Shown piece by piece: positions 31,341 through 46,400 of a stretch of 64,000 nucleotides of DNA; positions within the stretch are counted from its first letter, which is position 1, and each line of letters opens with the position of its first letter. A program made the position numbers and the translations under genes. Below the pieces are notes generated by a model. That model did not search any database and had not been told where the DNA came from. It saw only the letters and a list, made by a program, of their open reading frames with translations. Where the stretch lies: contig OZ024743.1 of NCBI GenBank assembly GCA_964016885.1, positions 158,782,001 through 158,846,000 on the forward strand. The letters run 5' to 3'. Source of the DNA: Eledone cirrhosa (Eukaryota).

Positions 31341-32159
31341 TGTTGTTGCTGTTAATGTTATGGCAATTATTAGAAATAGTAGTGTGTGTGTGTGTATGTG
31401 TGTGTGTGCGTGCATGTGTGAGTCCAAGGAAGTTTTCGTTTACATTTATGCTGTAATGTTTGTGTAAGCGAGAAATTATATTATTTCAAAACAAAGGAAT
31501 AAACAAACGACCGGTGATATTTGCCAATCGCAAACACACATCAAAGAATTTTATACCTCCATAATTGTGCCCTTTCAAATAATTAACTAGTAAAATATTA
31601 AGAAAACTTGAAATAATATGCCACCTATTACCTCCGATTTTAAAGATTCTAAAAAGACTTTTGCACACACACGTAATAGTTCTATCGGAAAATCTATCGA
31701 AAAACCGTTTTCGTTTACGAAAAATGTCTCATACTTTTTTATCTCTTTTTTCCCAATTCTAACATTATTTTTCAGCGTGCGCATCTCTAAATGTAAGCAT
31801 AGCATATTGTGTTTCGCCTCTGTTTCATGTTAGTAGTTATTGTTTTCAACTCGTAACATTGTTGACTTTATCGACTAGGCAGGAATCATTGTGTTTGGTT
31901 CGTTCTCAGCTGCTGGTTACCATTATCACAGAATCTTTATCTGATTTGGTCCATTCATGTCATATTCATAACTGAGAAGACGAACAAACGCCTGTTCACC
32001 ATTTTCAGTTAAGTTGCATAGCAAATACTGACGTTGGATTAATAAATCCATATTTATTTCATATAATGTATTAGTAACAAATATAATAAAAAATAACGTT
32101 CAAGATTTTAATCATAAACCCATTTTTATCTTTTTGGACTTCATATCAATAGCCAATTT

Positions 32160-32453
32160 GTCAATGTTTGCTCCGTGCCTCTTTGGGGTCTCGGGATACG
32201 CAGAGTTACAGGGGTAGACCCGAGCAAGATGGTTGGATAACATCCATGAGCTCGGCTGGTTTTGGTGGGGATGCAGCCGGATCAGTTGGAAACGGTTGCT
32301 TCTGACAGGACTTGCTGGAAGGAGTGTCTGATGACTCTGCCTCCACATCCCTCTCAGGAATAAGTGGGCGAAGAAGAAGAAGAAGAAGAAGAAGAAGAAG
32401 AAGAAGAAGAAGAAGAAGAAGAAGAAGAAGAAGAAGAAGAAGAAGAAGAAGAA
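32160..32453 (+). mobile_element. RTE-clade (Rex3/Expander-like) LINE 3' fragment with (GAA)n tail
   Basis: Across frameshifts RGRP.RARWLDNIHELGW..GMQPDQLETVASDRTCWKECLMTLPPHP*, typical Rex3/RTE C-terminus; (AAG)n 32371-32453. Confidence 0.75.
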
Positions 32454-32711
32454 AATTTCAATGGACTTCTTTCATAATCTTGTTATAGCCCATAATTCTG
32501 GGCTATATAAAAGGATAGACTCTATAGTTGACTTAAATACTCTTGTCTTACTACGGAGAAACTCGGAGCAATGAATTGTGAAGTTCCAGTTTTCAATAAA
32601 TTATACCACTCTGCTCTCAATAATGGATACGATTTTTGCCCTTCTATTTACACGTGTGTGTGTGTTTATATATGTCTGTGTCTGTTTGTATGTATCTCCC
32701 TTCTCTTATAT

Positions 32712-32848
32712 ATAATTGTTTCTACATTTTGCACAAGGCTATCAATGACCCAGTACATTACTGGTACATTATTTTATCGACCCCGTAAGGATGAAAGGCA
32801 AAGTTAACCTCGGAGGGATTTGAACTCAGTCTGTAAAGGGACGTAACT
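32712..32848 (-). mobile_element. 5'-truncated copy of the tRNA-derived SINE
   Basis: Reverse complement matches 23652-23785. Confidence 0.85.
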
Positions 32849-32934
32849 TATATATAATTTATGTACGTTTGTGTGGGTGTTTGTGTGTCTGTGTGTTATG
32901 CACGTTAAAGAAATATCTTTTGATTCATATACAT

Positions 32935-32967
<33 letters not shown>

Positions 32968-33598
32968 CACACACACACACACAGATACGCAGGCACAGAT
33001 ACACACACATAGCTATACACACGAACATACACACACGCACATATACATATAGTAAGATATATATGAACCCGACCACGACACCAAGCGGTTCACATCTCTC
33101 TCTATACCCACTCTGCATCCCCCCTCCTCTCACGCTCTATCTACCTATGTGTGTGTGTCTGTGTATGAGTTTGTGTTAGTGTATGTTTGTGTATATGTTG
33201 CGTAATGTAATAAAACGAAGTAAACGCTAAAACAATATATATATATCCAAACTCTAAAGATAATATAAAGAATTCTACATTTAAATCAATAACAATAACA
33301 ATAACGGTTTATCAGTGACATCTTTGAATTTTCCGCATCCAAGTGTGTGAAACTAAGTATGTACATTAAGACACATTTCAAATCACTCGACAAGGCATAT
33401 ACGTGTTGACGCCCTCACACGTAAAGAGAAACACACGTTTAACTTAGGTATAGAATACAGACACGCTGAGAGGAACACCACATACACACTCACATACACC
33501 CCCCATACACACACATATACCCCCCCCCCCCCATACACACCCTCTCTCTCTCTTTCTCACACACACAAACGTATATTTGTCAATTATTTCCTCGCATT

Positions 33599-33675
<77 letters not shown>

Positions 33676-33694
33676 ATATATATATATATATATA

Positions 33695-35215
33695 TCATTT
33701 CTGAATTTGTTTAGCAAGATTCTTTATCTGAAAACGTGTGTTGAAACCGATATTGTATGCTTTGGGAGGGTCATGTTGCCAATAAGAAACACACGCACCA
33801 AATGCTTTGACTTCAATTTATTATAAATTAAATTTATAAATTTAAGAATGTATAAATTTCCGGTTGGTTGGTTCCACAACCAGACGATTGTTCATATATT
33901 GTCAAATTCTTTCGTCACACATTCTGTGACCTCTTCAGTGACTGGGGATTCTTTTCTTTGTTTTTGTGCCTCTCCTTTGTTCTGTCCTACGCCATCTTGT
34001 TTTTGTGTGTGTTGTGTGATTAGTTTGCGCATGTGTTACATCCGGGTGTCTGTGTGTGTTTATATTTGTTTATTTATTTGTTTATTTACATGTTACTGGT
34101 TGGTTGTTTGTTCTATGTGTGTGTGAGTTTTCATTTTGTCCTTAATTTTAAGTTGTGATGTTGTTATTCCATTCATGTTTTCTATTTAATTTTGGTTGGA
34201 GTTCATTTATGTTTATTGTCTCTGTGATTTTTCTAAACATTGCGTCTTTTCTGTGTGTAGATTCTATTTTTATTTCTATGTTCTCTAATTTACCCTTATG
34301 TTCTATTTTAGCATGTTGGTGGAGTACAGATGATTCTTTACTATCCAGAAGCTCTCGCCAGTGTTCATTTATCCGTTCTCCTATACTACGAGCTGTCTCA
34401 TCTATGTACACTATATTCTTATCTCTACATTGTCCTTCAGTACATCTTATGCTATATACTATATTTCTAGTTTTACAGTTAATATGGGGGCTTAGTTTAC
34501 AGATTATACATTTCTTATCTATACAGGGAGGTCTTTGAAAAGGGTATGTATTGCTAATAAGTGTTTTTATGGAGGTACCTGGTCTTTCTACTATCTTAAT
34601 ATTGAGTTTATGTTTATCTAGGGCTTTTCTAAATTTGTAAGCTAATTCACCTTTAGGGGTTGTATTGATGAACATTACACTCTGGTATTTATTGCTATCA
34701 TATCATGAGTTTATTCTATTAAACTTATTCCTAGTTCTTTCTATTCTATTCCAAAATTTGCTCCTATACAAGAGGCAGGTCCCATTTGTATCATTATTTA
34801 CCATTTTTTCCCATTTGGTTCTGGCTCCTCTATATACTCTGATTTTATCTCTCTGATTGTAACCAGAGAACTGCATACGGTGAATGAAGTGTTGTATGTG
34901 TATCTCTAGTTCTTTGGGGTTGCACATGCGGGACACGTTTCTCATCACCCGTACCAAATCCGCAATCAGTATGTTGATTTCGGTGTGGTCCGGAACAGCT
35001 GAGTTTCCGTGGATCAGATATTTGGAAGTCATGGGTTTGGCATAATGGGAATGGAGGATTTGTTTTTGTTATTCATGGTTTCTAACCAGAGCTCTGTGTC
35101 TAGTACAGGTAATCGATGGTTGGGGTGTTTGCTTGGGTAGTCTATAGTAACTCTAATACTCTTGTGGATGGAGTTAGCTATTTGCTGGATGCTTTCCATG
35201 GTGTTTTTCTCTAAT
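33695..35215 (-). mobile_element. PLE family A copy 3 (left arm of inverted pair)
   Basis: Matches 24772-26310; ORFs 34148-34675 and 34703-35032; (TA)n at 33608-33694. Confidence 0.92.
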
Positions 35216-35227
35216 TATTTTCTCTAA

Positions 35228-36017
35228 TTATTAGCAATAATTTTCAAAGACCTCCCTGTATAGATAAGAAATGTATAATCTGTAAACTAAGCCCCCATAT
35301 TAACTGTAAAACTAGAAATGTAGTATATAGCATAAGATGTACTGAAGGACAATGTACAGATAAGAATATAGTGTACATAGGTGAGACAGGTCGTAGTATA
35401 GGAGAACGGATAAATGAACACTGGCGAGAGCTTCAAGATAGTAAAGAATCATCTGTACTCCACCAACATGCTAAAATAGAATATAAGGGTAAATTAGAGA
35501 ACATAGAAATAAAAATAGAATCTACACACAGAAAAGACGCAATGTTTAGAAAAATCACAGAGGCAATAAACATAAATGAACTCCAATCAAAATTAAATAG
35601 AAAACATGAATGGAATAGCAACATCACAACTTACAATTAAGGACAAAATGAAAACACACACACACACATAGAACAAACAACCAACCAGTAACATGTAAAT
35701 AAACAAATAAACAAATATAAACACACAGAGACACCCGGATGTAACACATGCGCAAACTAAGCACACAACACACACAAAAACAAGATGGCGTAGGACAGAA
35801 CAAAGGAGAGGCACAAAAACAAAGAAAAGAATCCCCAGTCACAGAAGAGGTGACAGAATGTGTGACGAAAGAACTTTGACAATATATGAACAATCGTCTG
35901 GTTGAGGAACCAACCAACCAACCGGAAATTTATAAATTTAATTTATAATAAATTGAAGTGAAAGCAACTGGTGCTTGTGTTTCTTATTGGCAACATGACC
36001 CTGCCAAAGCATAACAA
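35228..36017 (+). mobile_element. PLE family A copy 4 (right arm of inverted pair)
   Basis: Reverse complement of about 33750-34560; ORF 35371-35640 YIGETGRSIGERINEH; ends CCAAAGCATAACAA-(TA)n. Confidence 0.92.
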
Positions 36018-36124
36018 TATATATATATATATATGTAAAAGGTAAACAGAAAAAACAACACAATCGGTACAGTATAGGGAAGGAATATATTAGGTTAACG
36101 CTTGAAGTAGCAGGAAGAGGGATT

Positions 36125-36153
36125 TAACGTTTCGGACGCTAGTCCTTCACCAG
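36125..36153 (-). ncRNA. Degenerate hammerhead-like core
   Basis: Reverse complement CTGGTGA-A-GGAC-TAGC-GTCC-GAAAC-GTTA; core A6 changed to G. Confidence 0.4.
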
Positions 36154-36370
36154 AAGAAAGAATGAGAAATAAGGTAGATTGAAGGGACGGGTAGGGTGGA
36201 ATCAGAAAAAATTTCTTTAGATAAAAATAACAGGTCCATTCATGTTGACATCTCTTGGAAAACTGTTTATCCTGGCGTTTTGTGTATGATATATTTTTTT
36301 TAGAACAAGAAAGATGGTTTCATTTGTACACCCCTATTTATTTTGTACATCCCTATTTTTTCTTTATTAT

Positions 36371-36562
36371 GCGGTCGATTGGCAGTAACGGTAGATAGTC
36401 GGACACCATGCTTTGAAGCATAGAGTTACGTCCCTTTATGATCTGAGTTCAAATTCCGCCAAGGTTAACTTTGCCTTTCATCCTTACGGGGTCGATAAAA
36501 TAAAGTACCAGTAATGTACTGGGTATTTGCTGGCCTTGTGCCAAAAAATAGAAACAATTATT
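36371..36562 (+). mobile_element. tRNA-derived SINE copy
   Basis: A box TGGCAGTAACGG, B box GTTCAAATTCC, same body and tail as 23601-23784. Confidence 0.88.
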
Positions 36563-37650
<1,088 letters not shown>

Positions 37651-38039
37651 AGTAATACCTTTGCAGACCATTAAGGGGCCGCACATCCCAGGTTGAGGAC
37701 CATTGAGGAGTGTGGGCATGCTGGAGTAGATATCTAAATAATAAGTATTGAGTCTCATACGGATGTTTATTTTGACATCTGTACATAGAGATTCTGTTAT
37801 TTTCAGCGTATATAGATGTGTAAATGCACACACTATTTATTTGTACGCGAGCGCATGTATGTATGTATGTATGTATGTATGTATGTATGTATGTATGTAT
37901 GTATGTATGTATGTATGTATGTATGTATGTATGTATGTTTACATAGATGAAAAACAAAATACATCAAAGGTAGTCAACGGCCATCCAATAAAGTATTTTA
38001 TTTTTTTGTGTGGCGCGAGACATTCCTAATCATCATTAA

Positions 38040-38346
38040 AACATTTCTCTAGGAGAAGGTCACTCTGATATAAAACCTGCAACGTTTTTTGCATCCAATG
38101 ATATAGACCAGTTCTTCTTTTTAGGCAAATGTATACGATGTTCAGAGAGTTGGATTGGCAAAGTCTTTCCTCTCTTAAAAAAGCTTCAAGCACAGGCATC
38201 GCTTGATATGTGACATTTTTTGCGATGCATGGCATTGCTGGCCATAGGCAAGTCCCTAGCATGACTAAAAAGCCACGTCGGTGAGCTTGAGTAGCAAGCC
38301 ATGGTATTACTCGAAATCGAGTTGCAGCCATCATCATCATCATCAT
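38040..38346 (+). mobile_element. Decayed RTE/BovB-like LINE 3' end with (CAT)n tail
   Basis: Ends CTCGAAATCGAGTTGCAGC-(CAT)n as in RTE 3' termini; residual Cys/His-rich C-terminal codons. Confidence 0.45.
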
Positions 38347-39249
38347 GTATATATGTATGCATGCATCCATGTGTATGTATGAATGCATGTATGTATATGC
38401 AAGCATTCACACATGCATCTATGAATACGTAGACATGTATACGCAAACATACACATGTACACACACACATTCATATATGCATACATATGTACATATATGT
38501 ATACATATATACATACATACGTACGTACATGTATACATACATAGGTACATGTTTACATACATACATACATATAAACATACATACATACGAAAATGTATAC
38601 ATGTATACACGCATATATATACATACATAAATACATATATGTATACATACACACACACATATACATACATACATACGTACGTATATGTATACATATATGA
38701 GTGTGCATGTATACATACATACGTGCATGTATACATATACACATGAATACTTACATACATAAGTACATGTATACACACATATATATACATATACTTATAC
38801 ATATATTTATCTCTAAATTATATCTGAGCCTCTACATTTTGCGGACTTGAAAAAACTCCTTAAAAAATGTATAAATAGTAATATACGAAATGCACCATTA
38901 AAAAATAAAGCAAAGACACTACAAAGAAAATAATACTAACAGAAAACACATAATAAAAACCAATAAAAAATCATTAATATTTTAAGAAATAGAAAATATT
39001 TCTTAAGGTTATTTTATTTTGAAAATTCAGAACAATTACTTCTTAAGAATCTTATTTTTTTAGATGTATTTTTTTGATGTCTTGTTTAATTCCTTCAATT
39101 CAATTTTAAGAATGGGAATTGTCAAACCATCGAGCAACTGATTAGAATTTCAAGAATGAAAAGTTAAATAAAGATAAAGTAGTGAAAAAAAAGCAACAAC
39201 TTTTTCTAAAAATAAGAATAGAAGAAAAAATGAGAGGAAATTTATATAA

Positions 39250-39760
39250 GTGGTGATATGTGGGTGAATATGCTGAAATTTGTTAGGGTAAATAAGCTGA
39301 ACACCTAGCCTCTCTCAGTTGGAAGACCGACCTGCGTAATGAAAAGCCACATCCTACACGAGCTGCCTCTGATATGGCTATCATATTGTCTAGCAGAACA
39401 GGTCGGATCTAGAGGAGTAAGCTTCGGTAAAAAATCTTCCTCGTCTCATTGTAAGCAATAGCTCATGCGACGATCATCAGTTTAATTAGATGACATCGGC
39501 GTTGTGAACACCTGTGGCTTCGCAGATGAACGACTATTAATTTGACACAACTGCTCCAGTTAGCGGAGAAATCTATGTGTATGCAGATGTAGCGAGCCAC
39601 ATATATTCTAGACATTAGAAAAATCAAAATGAATGCTTCACCTTCGATCGAGAGAGGACTCAAGAAGAAGAAATAGGTTCGGCTTCAAATAAGATATCTC
39701 TTCTATGTTAGAAAGCGGAATCCTTGTTTTCCTGTAAATAGCCTCACTTTCAAAAGGGTA
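39250..39760 (+). mobile_element. Possible decayed RTE 5'UTR/APE start
   Basis: TCTAGAGGAGTAA motif and weak residual similarity to an RTE endonuclease N-terminus; recognition from memory only. Confidence 0.25.
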
Positions 39761-39794
39761 TTAGAGAACATATACATTATTATATGCATTATTC

Positions 39795-39944
<150 letters not shown>

Positions 39945-39947
39945 GCC

Positions 39948-42900
39948 TGACGCGTGGAACATCGCCGGTAAACTTTTTTGTTAATTTCTATGCAAAAAAC
40001 CGAACTAATTGTTTGAAAAGATTTAACATTTTGTAGATTAACCCCCCAAGCTGAATTGTCAGCTGGGTGGTAATCGCATTTTTCGCCCATTTAGGGGCGA
40101 AAATTTAATTAAAAAATTGTTTTAAAATATCAAATTTTGTCAACTATAAAACATGAATAACTCGAAAAGAACGCTAGAGAACGTCGACAGAGAAAAGAGA
40201 GGTAAAGAAGCAGTATTAATGTTATGTCTGCTTCTGCTACTATGGACGCCGCCATAGATACGACTGTCAACAAAGAGAAAAAAATATTATCACTTGAAGA
40301 TTGTACAATTTCTACCGTCGAAGCGGAGAAAAATAACAACAACACGCATGAAAACACAGGAATTAAACCTATTAACATACATACACATGAAAAAGACAAC
40401 ATCAACAACTCCATAGATACATCTACACATAAAGTTTCACTTCGTCAAGGAATAACAACGATATCAAAAACAACAACAACAGCAACACCACACACAAAAA
40501 AATGTCTTTCGCTGAAACAGTGAACAAAAAATCTTTTATAAATCTTCACATCTCCAATGCGAGAGATATACTCCAGCAAGGGAGAAAATTTAATTTGGGT
40601 GGGTTTAGAATTAACTCACCCCTCGAAATAAAAGAAGACAGATCGAAGGACAGCGACCTTCAGGACTGTATCCAATACAACGAGAAAGCCGATATTTGTT
40701 AGTCAAGGAGATATAGAAGCCAATTTGAAGGAAATTGTAGCAAATATTGACTTTCTCCAACGAGGAAAACAGTACGGAAGTGTTTCCTTACTGTTTAAAA
40801 GCGAGGTACTCGTCCCAAAACATTCATTGACAGCAATGGTGTCAAAAGCATTCCCCTTTTCCCTACATACATGGGAAAAAGGACAAATAAAAATAAAAAA
40901 TATACCACCAAACATTAATATCTGGTGGATCTTGGCTGGCTTCGTAGAGCCAGAGACTGATATGATTCTTTCGATACAAAAGTCTATTAGACAAAGGTGG
41001 GCGGGTACTGATTTGGAGATTCTGTTGCAAATGAGGCCGGAGAGAATCTCCAAAATACCCGAAAATGTCGTCATTGACGACAACAACAAAATAAACATTT
41101 CGGTAGAAGGGCGTAAATTTCATTGCTTTCGCTGTGGTAGCACAGCACACCTAAAAGCCTCATGTCCTTCACAAACACACCACAAAAACATCATTAAAAA
41201 AACACTATTACCAACACCAACACCAAAACAACCACCACCACCACAAGTACAACAACAGACGAAACGAGCAACCACACCAAAACAAACAGCCACTCAACCA
41301 ACAACAACAGAAAAAACAGAGACAACACCCCTGAAGAACACAGCCCCACCCCATCCCACTCCATCAAACACTACCACAAACACACACACCGAAACACCAC
41401 CACCACACAAATACACCTACCCCGCAATCCTGACGAGGATTATTCAAAGACGGATGAGGCTGCTTCTCCTTCTTTAAGTGAAGAAGAGGGAGAACCGCGG
41501 AAATCTAAAAAAACAAAAAAAGAGACACCAAAAAAACCCCCAAAACTCCAATCAGCAACACCAACACACAACCACAGACACAAACAACAACACAAACAAC
41601 ACCACAGTCAAACATCCCCTTACCAGCAAACCTAACACCAACACCACCCCAAACACAAGCACCCACCATACAAAGAAAACTCCCGGACGAACAACAAACT
41701 AAAACAACACAACAAAAACACAAACAACAATACGCATACATCAACACAAACAACAAGAGTTTGATGGAGGTTATCTCCCAAAACCCCAAGGTGGAGACGA
41801 AGGGCAAAACTTTCGTCAAAGCAGAATCGTCTCCACACCTTAAACTTATAAAGGTTTCTCTGGAGACCTAGAGTGACCTAAAAAATAAATTTCCACAGGA
41901 CGTGGCCAACCCCTGCCAGAAACCCATCAACCACGTCTGTTAAAATGTTTCCCCACCCCACCCAACACCCCATCCAACACCCAAATGGAGATTGAACAAC
42001 ACGATCTCCTGGAAACGAAAAGGCAAGTGCACCTTTCGTCCTTTTTCTCCAACTTTTCTTCACCAACATAGCTAGTTTACGAGTTGGAAGCGTGAATGTG
42101 CGTGGGCTAGGGATGCTCTGGAAACAGGGCCAACTTTTAAACGACGTTAGGTCACACAGTATGGCTGTGATAGCCATCACTGAGTCCAGGATCCACTACA
42201 GGCAGCAACTAACCCCCATCTTCGACGACTTTGTGATCTACGCATCTCTCCGTCAGCCAGGAGGTGGAGGTGGAATGGCTGTCATGTTTCGGAAGAACCT
42301 GGACGCCGAAGTACAGCAAGTACACTTGGACCCGAAGGGTAGACTGGTAGTCCTAGACGTGAACAGTATTGGAGGTGGACATTCAGACTGGTGGCCGTTT
42401 ATGCTCCGACCGGGAAATCGCAATAACGGCCAGACTTCTTTAAGCGTCTAGAGTATTTTCTGGGAACGTCTCGCTCCTTACTTATTTGGCGACTGGATTT
42501 CCCGACTGCCCCACAGTGGACGTGGGTAAACCGCAATGGGACATCTAGATCGTATTTAGATAGGTTCTTCATTAGAGAAAGGGACAAGGAGATGTTAAGC
42601 TGTCCACGAATGCACATGGTTGCCTATTCAGTTCACAAATTAGTCGTCTGCATAGTCAACCGTGACAGAACACATAAACAGGGACCCAGATACTGGAAGC
42701 TGAACGTGTCGTTGCCCGGCACGTAAAGCTTACAGTGAACGGATAAGTAGACTAGTCAAGCAACAGTTAACGGGAGCCATCGTCAACAATAGATGGTGGT
42801 ACTCTCTCAAGAAAGCAATTAGAGTAGAATCGATAGGGTATAGCAAAGAGTTAGCCTTAGAGAAAAACAAATTAGAAAGAGAACTAATAGCCAAGGTAGA

Positions 42901-43362
42901 GGATACACTTAGAAGTGGCATCGCGGCTAGAGTGTTAGCGTCGAGAACGGCATTGGACCAGTTCTTCGATGCGAAACACGAAGGCTGCGTGGTCAGAAGC
43001 AAAACACGTGCTCTAGGAAACGAAGGAGCGAAAGCTGTCAGCTAGGCCCGAGTGGCGGAGGGAAAATGTGGCAACTAGTCCACGATTCGGTCTTTCAAAC
43101 ACCAAAATGGACGCGTGCTACTTGACCCCAAGTAAATATGCGCGGCCTTTCAGCAGCACTTTGCACGACTGTTTGAGCAGAATGACGGTGAGCCGAACGG
43201 GGCAATGGACTTTAGTGCATACCTCGACGGCCTGCCGCGTCTCTCGAACACGGACGATTGTTATAATTGTTTGTTTTATATTTTTACACGACTGTATGTA
43301 AACTCCCCGGCATGTCTTTGTATTGTCTCCTTTACTTGTGCACCCTTGTGGCAAATAAAGAA

Positions 43363-43445
<83 letters not shown>
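39948..43445 (+). mobile_element. Tx1-like LINE unit 1 (alpha), 5'-complete, RT deleted
   Basis: 5' TGACGCGTGGAACATCGCCGG; decayed ORF1 with CFRCGSTAHLKASC knuckle; APE (NVRGL..D.KGR..SYLDRF); jumps near 43255 to the 3'UTR; AATAAAGAAA-(TCTA)n. Confidence 0.93.
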
Positions 43446-46400
43446 AGACGTGTGTAACTTCGCGGAGAAGTTTCCGTTAATTTATGTAAGAAAAAACGTG
43501 AGTTTTTAGTTAAATTTTATATCATTGTGTAACTTGACCACCCGTCTGGACCTTCAGGTGGTGGGTCAACTCATTTTCGCCCCTACAGGGGCGGAATATC
43601 CATTTAAAAAATTTTTTCTCCATCGAATCTTTGAAAAAATATTGTAAAATTTTGATTACGTTATGAACGCTGCGTCCAACGATAATGGTGGTGGAGAGGC
43701 GGTAAGACTACAAAGCTCGCAGTCAACAACGTCTTCTTCACTAGATACTATAGAGATGGAAAGACAAAATGAAAATAAAAAACGAATTCATATCCAAACA
43801 ACACAAATGACACCAAACAGTTCAATGACAACACAAATAACAGCAAAACCAATAATGATGATAAAAGCAACAATGATAACAACAACAAAGAAAAAAATAA
43901 AGACAACACCAATAACACCAGCATCAAAGACAACAACAACACCAAGGAAAATACGGATGAGACCAACATCGGTGACAACAAGAATAACAACAACAATAAC
44001 AACAATAATGACAACACCACCAATACGGATTCCACAAAGAAACCAAAAATTTCCTTTGCAGAGAAAGTTCAAAAGAAGGAAGAATTGATATATCTCCACA
44101 TAACAAATGCTGAACAACTTTTAAAGGACGCTAAGAGATATGTCACTTTCGAAAAAAATGGTGCTTTCAGCATCAATTCTCCGGTAGAAATTCGCAAGGA
44201 AACTGCTCTCAAAACGATAGTTTTTAGGACAGTTTCCAATTCTACCCGAAAACCAGTCCAATTGTCACAGAAAGAAATTGAACTGGTTTTCAAAAATTCA
44301 ATGAATGATATTGCATTCATTCAAAGAAGCAAACTTTTTGGGAGTATTTCGGTACTCATGAAGGATCAATTGACGGCCCAAAATTACTGTGTCGCCAATT
44401 GTATCCAACCTGTACACCTTTTTCCTTACATACATGGGAAAAAGGAGACAAAAGATCAGAATCACGAGTGTCACACGAAAGGTGAACATATGGTGGATAC
44501 TGTGCGGCTTCATCAATTTTGATGAAGACAGAATACTGTCAGTAGGAAAGTCCCCCAGAGATGTATTCAATGGGACTAGCATTGAAGTTCTGGTGCAAAT
44601 GAGCCCAGAGCGAATAGCTATGATCACACAGCGTGTACTCCTGGACGGACTCACCTACATAAACTTTTCGGTTGAGGGTAGGCGGCCTTCATGTTACCAT
44701 TGCTTTAGCAGGGGTCACCTGAGGGCTTCCTGTCCTAAATTAATGAACCAAAAAAGGCTCTTCTGCCGACACCCATCAAAACAACACAACCACCAACACC
44801 ACCACAACAACAACAACAACACCAACACACATAAATAACCACAACAAACACAGTCCCACCCAACCCCACTCCACCTAAAACCACTGCAAAATCACATACA
44901 GACACAACAGCTCCCCAAGACATACCCCTCCCCAATCACACAGACGATACAACAGATGAGGCTATCTCGCCATCACCCAGTGAAGACGAGGGAGAACCCC
45001 ATCGCTCGAAAAGAAAGAAAAGACATCACAAAAGCAAAAAACCAGCAAACACTACCACAAACATACAACCACCAACACAAACAACAAAAATATCACAAAC
45101 AAAACCCCCACCTCCTGAAAACAAAATACCTACAACAAAACGAAAGCACACACAAGAACTACAGACAAAAACAAACACAACACAAGAAAATTACACTTAC
45201 ACTTACATAAACACCGAAAACAAAATACTAATGGAGACCATCACGAACGACCCTTCGGTTTTCACCGAAGGGAAAACTTTCGCCCACTCTATTAAAAATA
45301 GCAAAAAACTGAACCTAAAACTGATTAGGGTCCCTATACAAACTTATAGGTCCCTAAAAGAACATTTGAGAAGGATGTGGGGAATTCCTGCGTGAAACCA
45401 CTCAACCGCGTCCTTCTCAAATGCCTCCCCACCCCAGACACCCCCATCCCACCAGACCCCACCCCACCAAACATCTGCGTCCCCACCCCGCCGGAAACCA
45501 CCACCCATCCAGACAACCCCTCCAACACCCCCATGGAAATCGTGTGACCTGGTCCCCAGGAGGCGAAGGGTGAGTGATCTCTTTTCCTCTTTTAACTTTT
45601 CAACACCAACATGGCCAATATAAGAGTTGGATGTCTGAACGTACGCGGCCTGGGGATGCCCTGGAAACAGGGCAAACTCTTAAACGACCTCAGGTCGCAC
45701 AGTAAGGATGTGGTAGCCATTTGCGAGTCCAGGATCCACGGCGAGCAACAGCTGGCCCCCATCTTCGATGACTTTGAGATCTACGCATCTCTCTGTCAAC
45801 CGGGGGGTGGGGGCGGAGTTGCCGTTTTGCTGCGGAAACACCAGGGCTTCGTAATACAGACGGTACATCTGGACCCGGAGGGTCGACTGGTGGTCCTAGA
45901 CGTTGACGGTAGTGAAGGTGGAGCCTTCAGGCTGGTGGCCGCATATGCCCCATCCGGGACACCGCGGCCAGACTTCTTCAAACGTCTAGAGACTTTTCTG
46001 GGAACGTCCCGCTCCTTGCTTTTAGTGGGGGACTGGAATGGAATCCTAGATGCACGTTGGGACTATGTGGGAGCATGTCCCGATAAAGGGGGGTGTAACA
46101 GCCTCAAACAGTTAATCGACCGATTTGACCTGGCCGATAGATATCGACTAGATTTTCCGACTGCGCCACTGTGGACGTGGAGTAATCGTAGCGGAACATC
46201 TAGATCGTACCTAGATAGGGTTCTAGTTAGAAATAAGGATAGGGACATGTTAAGCTGTCCATAAATGTTCATGGTTGCCTATTCAGATCACAAACTAGTG
46301 ACCTGCATGGCCAACCTTGATAGAACCCATAGACAAGGACCCGGCTACTGGAAGCTGAACTTGTCGTTACCGACAAGCAAAGCCTACAGTAGACGGATTA

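Noticed and set aside
31480-32070. Possible Tc1/mariner transposase relic on minus
   Set aside because: Only vague similarity; no WVPHEL or YSPDL motif and no TIRs recognisable
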